Source: an uncultured virus (IMG/VR IMGVR_UViG_3300037067_003438) (taxonomy: Duplodnaviria; Heunggongvirae; Uroviricota; Caudoviricetes). Taken from it: a DNA stretch of 64,000 nt. The DNA lies in the IMG/VR virus record IMGVR_UViG_3300037067_003438; one strand, given 5' to 3'. The notes beneath the pieces are model-generated. The model was not told the DNA's origin, ran no database searches, and saw only the letters and a program-made list of their open reading frames with translations. Position 1 is the first letter of the stretch, and each line of letters starts with the position of its first letter. A program made the translations under genes and the position numbers. This document shows, one piece after another, positions 42,901-51,178 of the stretch.

Positions 42901-43066
42901 AATTTTTTCCTTTAAATTAGGTATTAAAAAAAGTCTATTACTATTTCGGCGGGGTACAGCATTGTATACGCTGTGTCGATTACTTAATTAATTGGTAATT
43001 ACTCCAATATTTTTTTCGTCTCTACCCGACTCATCGGTACACCCCCGGAATAATAATAAACAAAAA

Positions 43067-43151
43067 AGAACTGGAATAATCGTAAAAACTGGATTCTTAC
43101 CAAGGAACCCGATAAATGGAGGTGATGTAATTTTTACTGTCGCCAAGTTCT
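43067..43151 (-). ncRNA. Y-RNA-like ncRNA 1 (minimal)
   Basis: AGAACU-U-GG...CC-AGUUCU stem, GUAAAAA/UUUUUAC stem, UUACAUC and AUUCC motifs shared with three paralogs. Confidence 0.75.
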
Positions 43152-43159
43152 ACATTAGT

Positions 43160-43188
43160 ATTGTAGTTTACAGACGGGTGTTTGTCAA
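43160..43188 (-). promoter_or_regulatory. Sigma70 promoter TTGACA-17-TACAAT for Y-like RNA 1 and TROVE
   Basis: Predicted +1 lies within 2-3 nt of the RNA 5' end. Confidence 0.75.
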
Positions 43189-43202
43189 GAGGAAATAAGA
43201 AA

Positions 43203-43276
43203 TACACGAGAATTAGCAATTAAACCTTTTGTTTAGAAACCATTTTCTGATGAAAGTCTAATTTTCACTACGTGTA
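43203..43276 (-). ncRNA. Y-RNA-like ncRNA 2 (minimal)
   Basis: UACACG-U-AG...CU-CGUGUA (compensatory AG/CU), AAUUAGAC/GUUUAAUU, UUUCAUC. Confidence 0.72.
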
Positions 43277-43278
43277 AG

Positions 43279-43367
43279 CTCCGAGGAGAGGATGCGAGCC
43301 TCCATACCGTTCTCACGGAATACACGATTTTAACAGAATCGCCGCCTGCCAGTTAGCGCACCTCGGA
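43279..43367 (-). tRNA. Atypical tRNA-Asn(GUU) with long variable arm
   Basis: U1-A72 acceptor UCCGAGG/CCUCGGA, G73, anticodon stem CGAUU/AAUCG with loop CUGUUAA, ~21-nt variable region, T loop CUCGCAU. Confidence 0.75.
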
Positions 43368-43373
43368 AAAAAA

Positions 43374-43445
43374 GCACTTCGGAATAAAGCAATCGGGATA
43401 TAAAACCTTTAATGTAGATGTAATCTCAACCTCCACCAGAAATGC
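43374..43445 (-). ncRNA. Y-RNA-like ncRNA 3 (minimal)
   Basis: GCAUUUC-U-GG...CC-GAAGUGC, UUACAUC, AUUCC; GTGTATATT promoter-like motif ends 6-7 nt upstream. Confidence 0.72.
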
Positions 43446-43488
43446 CTATTAAATATACACTAAAAATCATTTTAATCAAAAAAATCAC

Positions 43489-43531
43489 CATTCGGACAAT
43501 TATGGTGTATAATATAACATTCGGACAATTA
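43489..43531 (+). repeat. 14-bp direct repeat CATTCGGACAATTA flanking a GGTGTATAAT promoter
   Basis: Copies at 43489..43502 and 43518..43531; promoter motif at 43504..43513. Confidence 0.85.
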
Positions 43532-43549
43532 AACAATAGGGATGATTAT

Positions 43550-44146
43550 ATGACTGAATTGGGTAAAAAAATTATTGAGTTACGTACACAAAATCCAAAA
43601 TATAGTTATGATTATATATCAAGATTATTAAATTGTTCGCCTAGTACGGTATTTTATCATCTGAATGATGGGCGTAGAACAAAAATGTTGTTAAGAGCTA
43701 AGATACATGATAAAAAAAATGGTAATCAACCACACTATATTTTATATAGAAAACTAAACCATTTTAGACAAAACGATAGAAATATATCTTTAACACAATT
43801 TAATTATAAAAAATCATTACATTATTATATTAGAACTAAACTTTTACAATTTACAAGAAGGAACAAAAATATGGCAAATGATGCTACACTAGATGCAGTA
43901 AAGTTAAAAGTTGGAAATAATCCTATATGTTATTTAACAGGCGATCCATTGGATTTAACTAAGCCACGTTCTTTTAGTTTCGACCATATAGTTCCAGTAA
44001 GTCGTGGTGGAGATAATAGTATTGATAATCTTGGTATTTGTACACGCATGGCAAATATGTCTAAAACTAATATGACCGTTGATGAATATTTAAATTTATG
44101 TAAAAAAATATTAGAACATAATGGTTATAAAGTAGAAAAAATATAG
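43550..44146 (+). CDS. HTH plus HNH endonuclease (start likely MTELG)
   Basis: YSYDYISRLLNCSPSTVFYH HTH; CYLTG...FDHIVPVSRGG.N..DNL..C...N..K HNH. Confidence 0.85.
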   Translation: MTELGKKIIELRTQNPKYSYDYISRLLNCSPSTVFYHLNDGRRTKMLLRAKIHDKKNGNQPHYILYRKLNHFRQNDRNISLTQFNYKKSLHYYIRTKLLQFTRRNKNMANDATLDAVKLKVGNNPICYLTGDPLDLTKPRSFSFDHIVPVSRGGDNSIDNLGICTRMANMSKTNMTVDEYLNLCKKILEHNGYKVEKI

Positions 44147-44271
44147 AGGAATTGACTGGCAGTCTGTATTCGGGTTTTACCACTAAACTATATTTGGCGA
44201 ACCAAACAACTGGACTCGAACCAGTATCACGTCATTAATAGTGAAGTAAGATTGTTCGACACCATCTATAT
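44141..44271 (-). ncRNA. yrlA: YrlA-type Y RNA with circularly permuted tRNA-like module
   Basis: Terminal stem AUAUAGA-U-GG/CC-UCUAUAU; inside, 5' to 3': T arm ACUGG-UUCGAGU-CCAGU, acceptor-like stem UGUUUGG/CCAAAUA closed by UUCG, D arm UA-GUUU-AGUGGUA-AAAC. Confidence 0.85.
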
Positions 44272-44286
44272 CTTAATCTCACACCT

Positions 44287-44315
44287 ATTATACGTCGGGC
44301 ACCGCAGGTTGTCAA
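44287..44315 (-). promoter_or_regulatory. Perfect sigma70 promoter TTGACA-17-TATAAT for the YrlA-like RNA
   Basis: Exact consensus 16 nt upstream of the RNA 5' stem. Confidence 0.85.
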
Positions 44316-45114
44316 GCGGGATTTGGTGGATTTTCTAAATTTCCACAATTTCTATAACTCCAATCCCAATAAGCCTTTTAATAATATCTTTATGAATATC
44401 GTCACGAAATGTTGGACAATCTTTCTCAATTAGACGATATAATCTTTTTAATTCAGATTTACACGAATAGCTTAACGCACATGCTGCGGCACCTTTAGTA
44501 GCCCATACAGTTTTTCCTGTGCGTGTTCGCATAAATTCCCCACAAATTTTAATTCTATAACATTTTCTGGGGTCTGTTGTATAATTTTTTAAATAATTAA
44601 TTGCAATGTCAATATATTTATTCGACAAGTTTACCATCATTTTCCTCAATTAATTTATTTAATCTATTTACTTCTTCCCTATATGCCGCTAATTGGATTC
44701 CGCGAAAACCATGATGGAAACCCACCATACACGGGCGAACAATAAAGCCTGCTATATAACCTAAAATGTAGAAAGGAATATTGATAATTATTAAGATAAA
44801 ATTGAGCATATAATATAACCTTTATATTTCCACGATCTGTATAATGCCGTCTTTAAATAATTCTGCAATTAAATCTTTGCTTTTAATATCTCCAATAATA
44901 TTATGTGCATTACAATAAGTATACCAAATATAATCACCGTAATGCAAATTCACCGCGTTTTTTGCAGAACCTATATTATTCCATACAGACTTTCCTTTGG
45001 GTGTTGCGATATATTTACCCTCAAATTTTAAACGATAACATGGTTTATCTACTACATTCCGATTTAGCAAATTCCGCACGTCGAATAAATATTTTTCTTG
45101 TTTAGTCATTATAT

Positions 45115-46245
45115 TTATTCTTCATTTTCAAGTAGAAAATCGGGATTAACCACCTTGAACGAAATGCCCTTTTCAACATTTCGGCACACTATACCCTCTT
45201 GCTTTTGAGTAGGTAATAAGATAGAGTTACCTTTAGAATATTCAACAAGTTCGGGAATAGTTAAGGGTACCACGTAATTTGTTTCAAGAATCGGAACCGT
45301 TGGAATCTCATACTTGTCCATTATAGCCTTTATTTCCACGGTGTCAAGGGAAATTTCTGGATAGATCAAATTAAATACCCGCAATTCATAGTCGGATAAT
45401 TTATATTTATTTTTCTGAATTCCAGGACCTAAAATCTCACCCTGTAAGACAAGGCGATCCGATTTACCAATTAATTCCCGTAAAACTTTCTTTATTTGAT
45501 ATTTTTCTACGATCTGATGGTAAAAATCACCAAAACTTCCTTTAAAGTATTTATTTTTAAAAGAATGAGTTGTTAGATTAACATTACGTGAACAATAACC
45601 AAAATTATATTTATGCCAAAACCAAAGATAGGGAATTTTTTCTAAATAAAAAGTACTGCTTGTTCCATCAGTTTTTTCGGAAATAATTAATGGAATTTTA
45701 TTCTCTTGAACATATCTAAACACCTCTGGCATTGCCTGAATACGTGTTTCGTCGGTCTTTTTAATCCAAGCGGGCCACCCATGGCGTTTCTTTTGCACGA
45801 ATAGTTTTCTATACCAGGCAAATTTATAGAGGAATTTTCCTAATTTTGTGCGGGGTTGTTTATTCTTGTGGTCTACTAAATGATCGAGTTGATTTTCTGA
45901 ATCATATTTAGTAATATGTAGATCTTCTGTGACATCATCACCTTCTCTATACAATATTGGAAATTCACCATGGGGTAAAATGGATAATGGCATAACCAAA
46001 CCCATAGAGTAAACCCCTCGCATTTTCATAATTTTTATGCGAAATTTCTTCTGTCGCAAAAACTCAAAGTGTGGAATATCTGGACACACACTATCGCACT
46101 CTATGTATATAACTTTATCTCCTTCTTTAAATTCATCCTTTTTAACAATACATTGCCAACCCAGTACCGTGGCAAGTACAATACGATCTGCTCCGATGAT
46201 GGGTTCTATCTTATTAATTACTTGAATTGAAGCTAATTTACGCAT
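45115..46245 (-). CDS. ATP-dependent RNA ligase (DRB0094-like) with N-terminal OB module
   Basis: RKLASIQ..I.PI.GAD.I, KTDETRIQ, EKTDGTS (motif I), SRN, QGE..GPGIQKN, EGIV, SFKV.N..FLL. Confidence 0.9.
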   Translation of the reverse strand: MRKLASIQVINKIEPIIGADRIVLATVLGWQCIVKKDEFKEGDKVIYIECDSVCPDIPHFEFLRQKKFRIKIMKMRGVYSMGLVMPLSILPHGEFPILYREGDDVTEDLHITKYDSENQLDHLVDHKNKQPRTKLGKFLYKFAWYRKLFVQKKRHGWPAWIKKTDETRIQAMPEVFRYVQENKIPLIISEKTDGTSSTFYLEKIPYLWFWHKYNFGYCSRNVNLTTHSFKNKYFKGSFGDFYHQIVEKYQIKKVLRELIGKSDRLVLQGEILGPGIQKNKYKLSDYELRVFNLIYPEISLDTVEIKAIMDKYEIPTVPILETNYVVPLTIPELVEYSKGNSILLPTQKQEGIVCRNVEKGISFKVVNPDFLLENEE

Positions 46246-46544
46246 GTTTTAAATTCCTAATATATAAATCAACCTTTTCTGTTTGCTGTTTTACCCGTTC
46301 TATCTTTTGATCTTCAATATCCCGCCACTTCTTTAACCAATTTTTCATCCACTCTTGATGTCTTTCGTATGCTGCTTTTCCTATAGTCTCAATCCATTCT
46401 GGTGTTGCCTCTGAATAGTCATCGTCACCATGACCAGCTAAACATCCACCTAAATAATGTATGCGGCAGGTTTCACATGGTCCACTACAATCACTAAACA
46501 TTTTCATATATATAACCTATTTAGGTAAACCTACTGAAACTAAT

Positions 46545-47156
46545 TTACGTATTATTATTCTCGTTATGTTTTTTAATATAATCAATCATATGATATAATG
46601 TTTCAATATTTTCCTTTATTAGTCCTAATGCTACATTACAACGATTACATAACAACTCACGAATTTTATTAGTTTTATGATTATGGTCTATTGAGAATCT
46701 TCTATTATAATTTTCAATATCTATTCCACATATAGCACATTTATTATTCTGTAATTTTAATTGTTCTTCATACTTCTCTAAGGTCCATCCATGTTTAGAT
46801 TTAAAATTACTGTTTGTACATCTACGTTTTACTGATTTTTTACCGCTGGGGGTTTGTGAGTATATTTTCGCTTTATTACTTTCACATAATTTACAACATG
46901 GACATAACCCATCTTTGTAACGAGATTCTTTTTGGAATTCGGTAATAGGTTTATTACAACCACATTTAACACAAGTTTTGTTTGTTTTACTATAATCTAT
47001 TTCGTATTTTGGTATGCCTAATTTTAATGCCGATTTCTTTCTAACTTTTTGCTGACATGCTTTACAACAATAGTGTAACGCGTCTTTATATCGTTTATTA
47101 TTATTAAACTCTACAACATTCTTCGCTTGCTTACAAACATAACATTCTTTAGTCAT
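46545..47156 (-). CDS. EndoVII-type HNH putative homing endonuclease with zinc-finger repeats
   Basis: Two CxxC..F......DGL/DAL...CK.C repeats; QNNKCAIC, IDHNHKTNKIRELLCNRCN. Confidence 0.8.
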   Translation of the reverse strand: MTKECYVCKQAKNVVEFNNNKRYKDALHYCCKACQQKVRKKSALKLGIPKYEIDYSKTNKTCVKCGCNKPITEFQKESRYKDGLCPCCKLCESNKAKIYSQTPSGKKSVKRRCTNSNFKSKHGWTLEKYEEQLKLQNNKCAICGIDIENYNRRFSIDHNHKTNKIRELLCNRCNVALGLIKENIETLYHMIDYIKKHNENNNT

Positions 47157-47308
47157 AGCCGTCGCCTTTCAAAATGAAGAACAGGCAGCCCAATAAACGT
47201 GCGACGGCTTATAGATTTGGACCACCTGTTCTGGTGTAATTTTTATTAGTTTGCCGTCGCTGGCTTGCTAATATAATATACACCAGATTCAAATTTTTAT
47301 GCCAAAAA

Positions 47309-47454
47309 AGGCGGTAATGGATTCAAACCACCGACCTCTAACCTGTAGATACCAATTTGACATGCCAAGTTGTTGTCGTCATTAGATATACCTTGCAATG
47401 TATAAATAAATCAGACGTATCGTGTTAGGGCTCTAATCACTGAGCTAGGAGGGC
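47309..47454 (-). ncRNA. tRNA-derived RNA with ~80-nt insert in the anticodon loop and unpaired acceptor strands
   Basis: D arm GCUC-AGUGAUUA-GAGC, stem CUAAC/GUUAG, variable loop AGGUC, T arm GGUGG-UUUGAAU-CCAUU. Confidence 0.6.
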
Positions 47455-47467
47455 ATATTATTATTAT

Positions 47468-47899
47468 TTACTGATAATCTTTATCTTGTATTACACCAAA
47501 CTTTTTGAAATATTTTTTTGGACGCATTTTCTTGCCATCAACGTAAAAACCCCACTTATTATACGGTCGTCCGACTAAAAGTAAAGTCCAACATCCATAT
47601 TTCTGGGCAGGAATTTCCAAATAATGCCGCGTTAGAGCATTTGACCGCCACCAAGACGGGGCAATGACATGGAAAATTCCATTTTCTGTATGATTATAAT
47701 ACTCTCCCCATAAAACAACTGATATAAAATTGCCAGCGTGGTCATGCAAATATCTATTATCGTCTGAACGAATCCAGTGATGTAATCGTAAACTATAGTT
47801 AAAAAGAATTAAGGTATATCTAATTAAATATGGACATTCCGGCTTACCAAGCTTCTCCCGCCAACGAATCTGAAAGTATTTTCCAAAATGTCTATACAT
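47468..47899 (-). CDS. Cupin-like phage protein
   Basis: LHH..RSD....LHDH, H, WTL, WGF. Confidence 0.6.
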   Translation of the reverse strand: MYRHFGKYFQIRWREKLGKPECPYLIRYTLILFNYSLRLHHWIRSDDNRYLHDHAGNFISVVLWGEYYNHTENGIFHVIAPSWWRSNALTRHYLEIPAQKYGCWTLLLVGRPYNKWGFYVDGKKMRPKKYFKKFGVIQDKDYQ

Positions 47900-48054
47900 T
47901 ATTATACAATATTCAACAGATTTGTCAAGTTCGCTTATGGTCTTTTTGTAAAATGGCTGTATTGAGACATATTTTCTTTAATAATATTACACATTTCGTT
48001 AATACTGGAATTTTAATCTGTCCAATAATATTTGTTCTAATTGAGTCGTATTCA

Positions 48055-49110
48055 TTATGGTTTATATCCTTTTCTTAAATAAAATTCAAATCTTTCTTTA
48101 GCAATTTGTTCATCGTATACCCCGCCCCAATATGGGTTCCACGTCCAATAATCAAAGTGTTCATCCATCCATTTGCTCTCGCAATTTCTATATATTGCTC
48201 CGTTTAAGGGATAATCAATAATAATATTTGTGGCGACTTTAACCCCTAATTCACGTAGATTTTGTAGTCCACTTATTGTGTATAAGGTATTATATTCATT
48301 TCGATTCATATCTCGAAGAATATCGACATTATCACTTTGAATTGGACAATGTAGAATATTTAGATAGCCATCTTTTGCTAAATCATCCAAAACATCATAT
48401 AAAGCAGCAAATGTTGTTGGTTCTAAATTTCTAATTGAAATTAATTTTTTATATCTTTTTGCAATTAGACACCAATCTTTAACCTGTAATCTTGTTGGAT
48501 TATCTGATATTAACACGACGTTATCGTGATCTAAAAATTCTTTAATTTGTAAGAGGGCATCGGCTTCGTATGATTTCCCTCTAGTATGACGAATGGTACA
48601 ATATTTACATTGTCTTGAACATCCAGCCCCGATCTTGAGCGGATACATATTACGAAATAGATTTCCCTGGTCTAGCGGATTTTTACTGGGCGTTTTAATC
48701 CAGAATGGGTTCTGCCAATCAACACCTTGACATATATGATTTAAATTATCACAATTAATATCCCGAACAACATCCAAACGTCGAACATAATCTGGTAATG
48801 GAATATCAAAACGCTGTGCTAAACATCCACCCATATAGAATGTTTTTTCTGGATACTCCTCATGTAATTTCTTAATAGTTTGAATGTCATTATAAATAGC
48901 CAAATCAGTTACCTGGCAACCCAATACGATTACATTGCGGGCTTGTTCTATTGTACAGGTGAAATTATAGTTAACCGCCCAGGATAAAAAATCCGTATAG
49001 ACCGACATACACGCTGTACACAGACAATAATTTTGGAATAATTTTCCGCTATTTAAATCTTGAGCGTCGTATAATGATCCACAACCAAATTTATTTGTGA
49101 TAATTTTCAC
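48055..49110 (-). CDS. Radical SAM methylthiotransferase-like protein (MiaB/MtaB/RimO family), no TRAM domain
   Basis: N-terminal Cys motifs (CTAC, LGCQV, GGCLAQR), GCSRQCKYC, HCPIQS...IL.DMNR. Confidence 0.75.
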   Translation of the reverse strand: MKIITNKFGCGSLYDAQDLNSGKLFQNYCLCTACMSVYTDFLSWAVNYNFTCTIEQARNVIVLGCQVTDLAIYNDIQTIKKLHEEYPEKTFYMGGCLAQRFDIPLPDYVRRLDVVRDINCDNLNHICQGVDWQNPFWIKTPSKNPLDQGNLFRNMYPLKIGAGCSRQCKYCTIRHTRGKSYEADALLQIKEFLDHDNVVLISDNPTRLQVKDWCLIAKRYKKLISIRNLEPTTFAALYDVLDDLAKDGYLNILHCPIQSDNVDILRDMNRNEYNTLYTISGLQNLRELGVKVATNIIIDYPLNGAIYRNCESKWMDEHFDYWTWNPYWGGVYDEQIAKERFEFYLRKGYKP

Positions 49111-49114
49111 TTCA

Positions 49115-49732
49115 CTATTCCTTTATAGGTAGATCAATATAATCTAATTCGGCTAAAGCGTGAAAGTGCGTTAGTCCAACTGTAAAATTTTTAGTAACGT
49201 GGTAATGTCCAAAAGCCCATTCGGAAGGCTGGTGTATATTGTATAATTCTTGTAATAGTTTTGTGGTAAAAGATAAATTTAATTTCCACTTATTGGTAAT
49301 AATCCCGTACCCATGACAAATATAAGGTGCGTCATGGCTAATCACATAATCAGGGAGAACCTGAGAATATAATGATATACAATCTTGAGCTTGTTGGTAA
49401 TTTAATTCCTCTTGTTCCCACCAAGTAACCCCAGGCATACGCCATTCTTTATCTACGCTATATCCACCCCTAATGAAGAAGAAATTATAACCTCCGACAG
49501 AGTAAACGCCATAATCACCCAAAAAATGTGGATAATCTGTCATATCATAATTATCATGATTACCTTTCAGAACGCGGTGATATAATGGGTCTACATTTTT
49601 CAGTGTATCGTAAGTAAAATTAAAATCCCCAAGTTGAATCGAGTATAATGGTTTTTTAATTAAAGAGTGATATTCAGCCATTTTACCATGACAATCAGAA
49701 ATTAATCTACACACCGATAGTTTTTTAGTCAT
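49115..49732 (-). CDS. Metallophosphoesterase
   Basis: SDCHG, LGD, GNHD, GG.SVDK, SHDAP, FGHYH. Confidence 0.9.
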   Translation of the reverse strand: MTKKLSVCRLISDCHGKMAEYHSLIKKPLYSIQLGDFNFTYDTLKNVDPLYHRVLKGNHDNYDMTDYPHFLGDYGVYSVGGYNFFFIRGGYSVDKEWRMPGVTWWEQEELNYQQAQDCISLYSQVLPDYVISHDAPYICHGYGIITNKWKLNLSFTTKLLQELYNIHQPSEWAFGHYHVTKNFTVGLTHFHALAELDYIDLPIKE

Positions 49733-50154
49733 TTTGATAATTCGCCCTGTCCATCTTCAACTTTTACACATCCCAAAAAGTGTAGACCGATAACGGTTTG
49801 TTTACTATCTATAAAACGAATTTTCTCACAATATTTTACTGTTACATTATCCCCCTCATCAAATGATTCATATATATTTTTCGCCCGTTCATCCCCCTGA
49901 ATTATAAATTTTCCATGCTGGCATTTAAATACCACAGCATAGCGGGCTGGAATATCAATAGATATAGGGGTAATAGTTGGACTTAAATTTCCATCGCCAT
50001 CAAATGTCATCCCAACCGAAACATCTGAACCATGACCAGGGGGGACATAACACATATCGACTATCTGGGCACGTTCAAATTGCTCTGGCCCATATTTAAT
50101 AGGGTTTTCACATCCAATAATAAATAATAATAAGATAGGTAATAAATATTTCAT
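49729..50154 (-). CDS. Lipoprotein
   Basis: Lipobox IIGC after a short signal peptide. Confidence 0.6.
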   Translation of the reverse strand: MKYLLPILLLFIIGCENPIKYGPEQFERAQIVDMCYVPPGHGSDVSVGMTFDGDGNLSPTITPISIDIPARYAVVFKCQHGKFIIQGDERAKNIYESFDEGDNVTVKYCEKIRFIDSKQTVIGLHFLGCVKVEDGQGELSK

Positions 50155-51178
50155 TATTGTAAGTCCTTTAATTTTATTTTAATTTCTTCTGTGATATCAC
50201 CTAATGAACATGTGATTTTTTTAAAAAGAATATAATATTCGCCATTTTCATGTATTAAAGATGCGTTGGCACGATTAAATAATTTTTTCCACTTCTTGAT
50301 AAAATCTTGAACGGTACAATTTGTATTATTAACACGGGCAGCTAAACTACTTAAATTAACTTCGTTAATCATTTGTAAATTTCACTTCTGTTTAGTATAA
50401 CTAATATCGTAATTTTTAAATTGTGGATTAACTTTCCTATATTCTTCAAATTCCCGCCTTAAACTCGCAATATTTTCCGTTAATAATTTTATATAAGTAT
50501 CCTGATCGGTAATAATTTGTTCTGCTGACTCTAATAATTCACGTAGTCGTCTATCGTTCATATCAGAGGCAAAATCATTAATATCCATTAGGAAATTACG
50601 AATTTTATTTACAGGAATTTTACTTGTGTTCATAAGCATAAACCATTCCATTCTCTTTTCCGAATTGAGCGATTTCTGCGTTTAAACAATCTTGTAGAAC
50701 AACACGCCATTTTTTTAACCTTTTATTAACGATAAGTTTATTCTTCTATTATATTCTTTTACAGATAATTCAACTTTAGTAAATGCGGCTTCTATAACCC
50801 TCGTATAATCATTACCAATATATCTCATGTGGTAACTAATACCTATTAAATCTTTTATATAACATTTAACTTTAATATATTCTTTCGGCTTACATATTTT
50901 TGAATTTAAATATACATGAATTCCATGATTAATAACCAATCTATCTCGACAACAAGTTTTTTTACTTCTAGAGTTTGATTTATTTACTCCGGGTTTCCAT
51001 TCGTGGGAATAGTAAGGTGAGTCTAAATAATAATTGGTAATCCTTTGATTAAAAATATCCCAATTACTTTTTAATATAACCTTTTTATATCCCCAGACAA
51101 ATTTCTTTCCTGATTTTAGTAATTTTTCGGTTTCTTTTTTATCAACAAATAAGCACATAATTATACATCCTATTATTG

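Noticed and set aside
43014..43037. Hammerhead-like core CCGAUGA-GUC..GAC-GAAA upstream of TROVE
   Set aside because: Core has C at the conserved U4 position, and no consistent stems I and III with a valid cleavage triplet could be built.
43067..44271. Y-like array as a CRISPR array
   Set aside because: No identical direct repeats or regular spacing, conservation is structural, and no cas genes are present.
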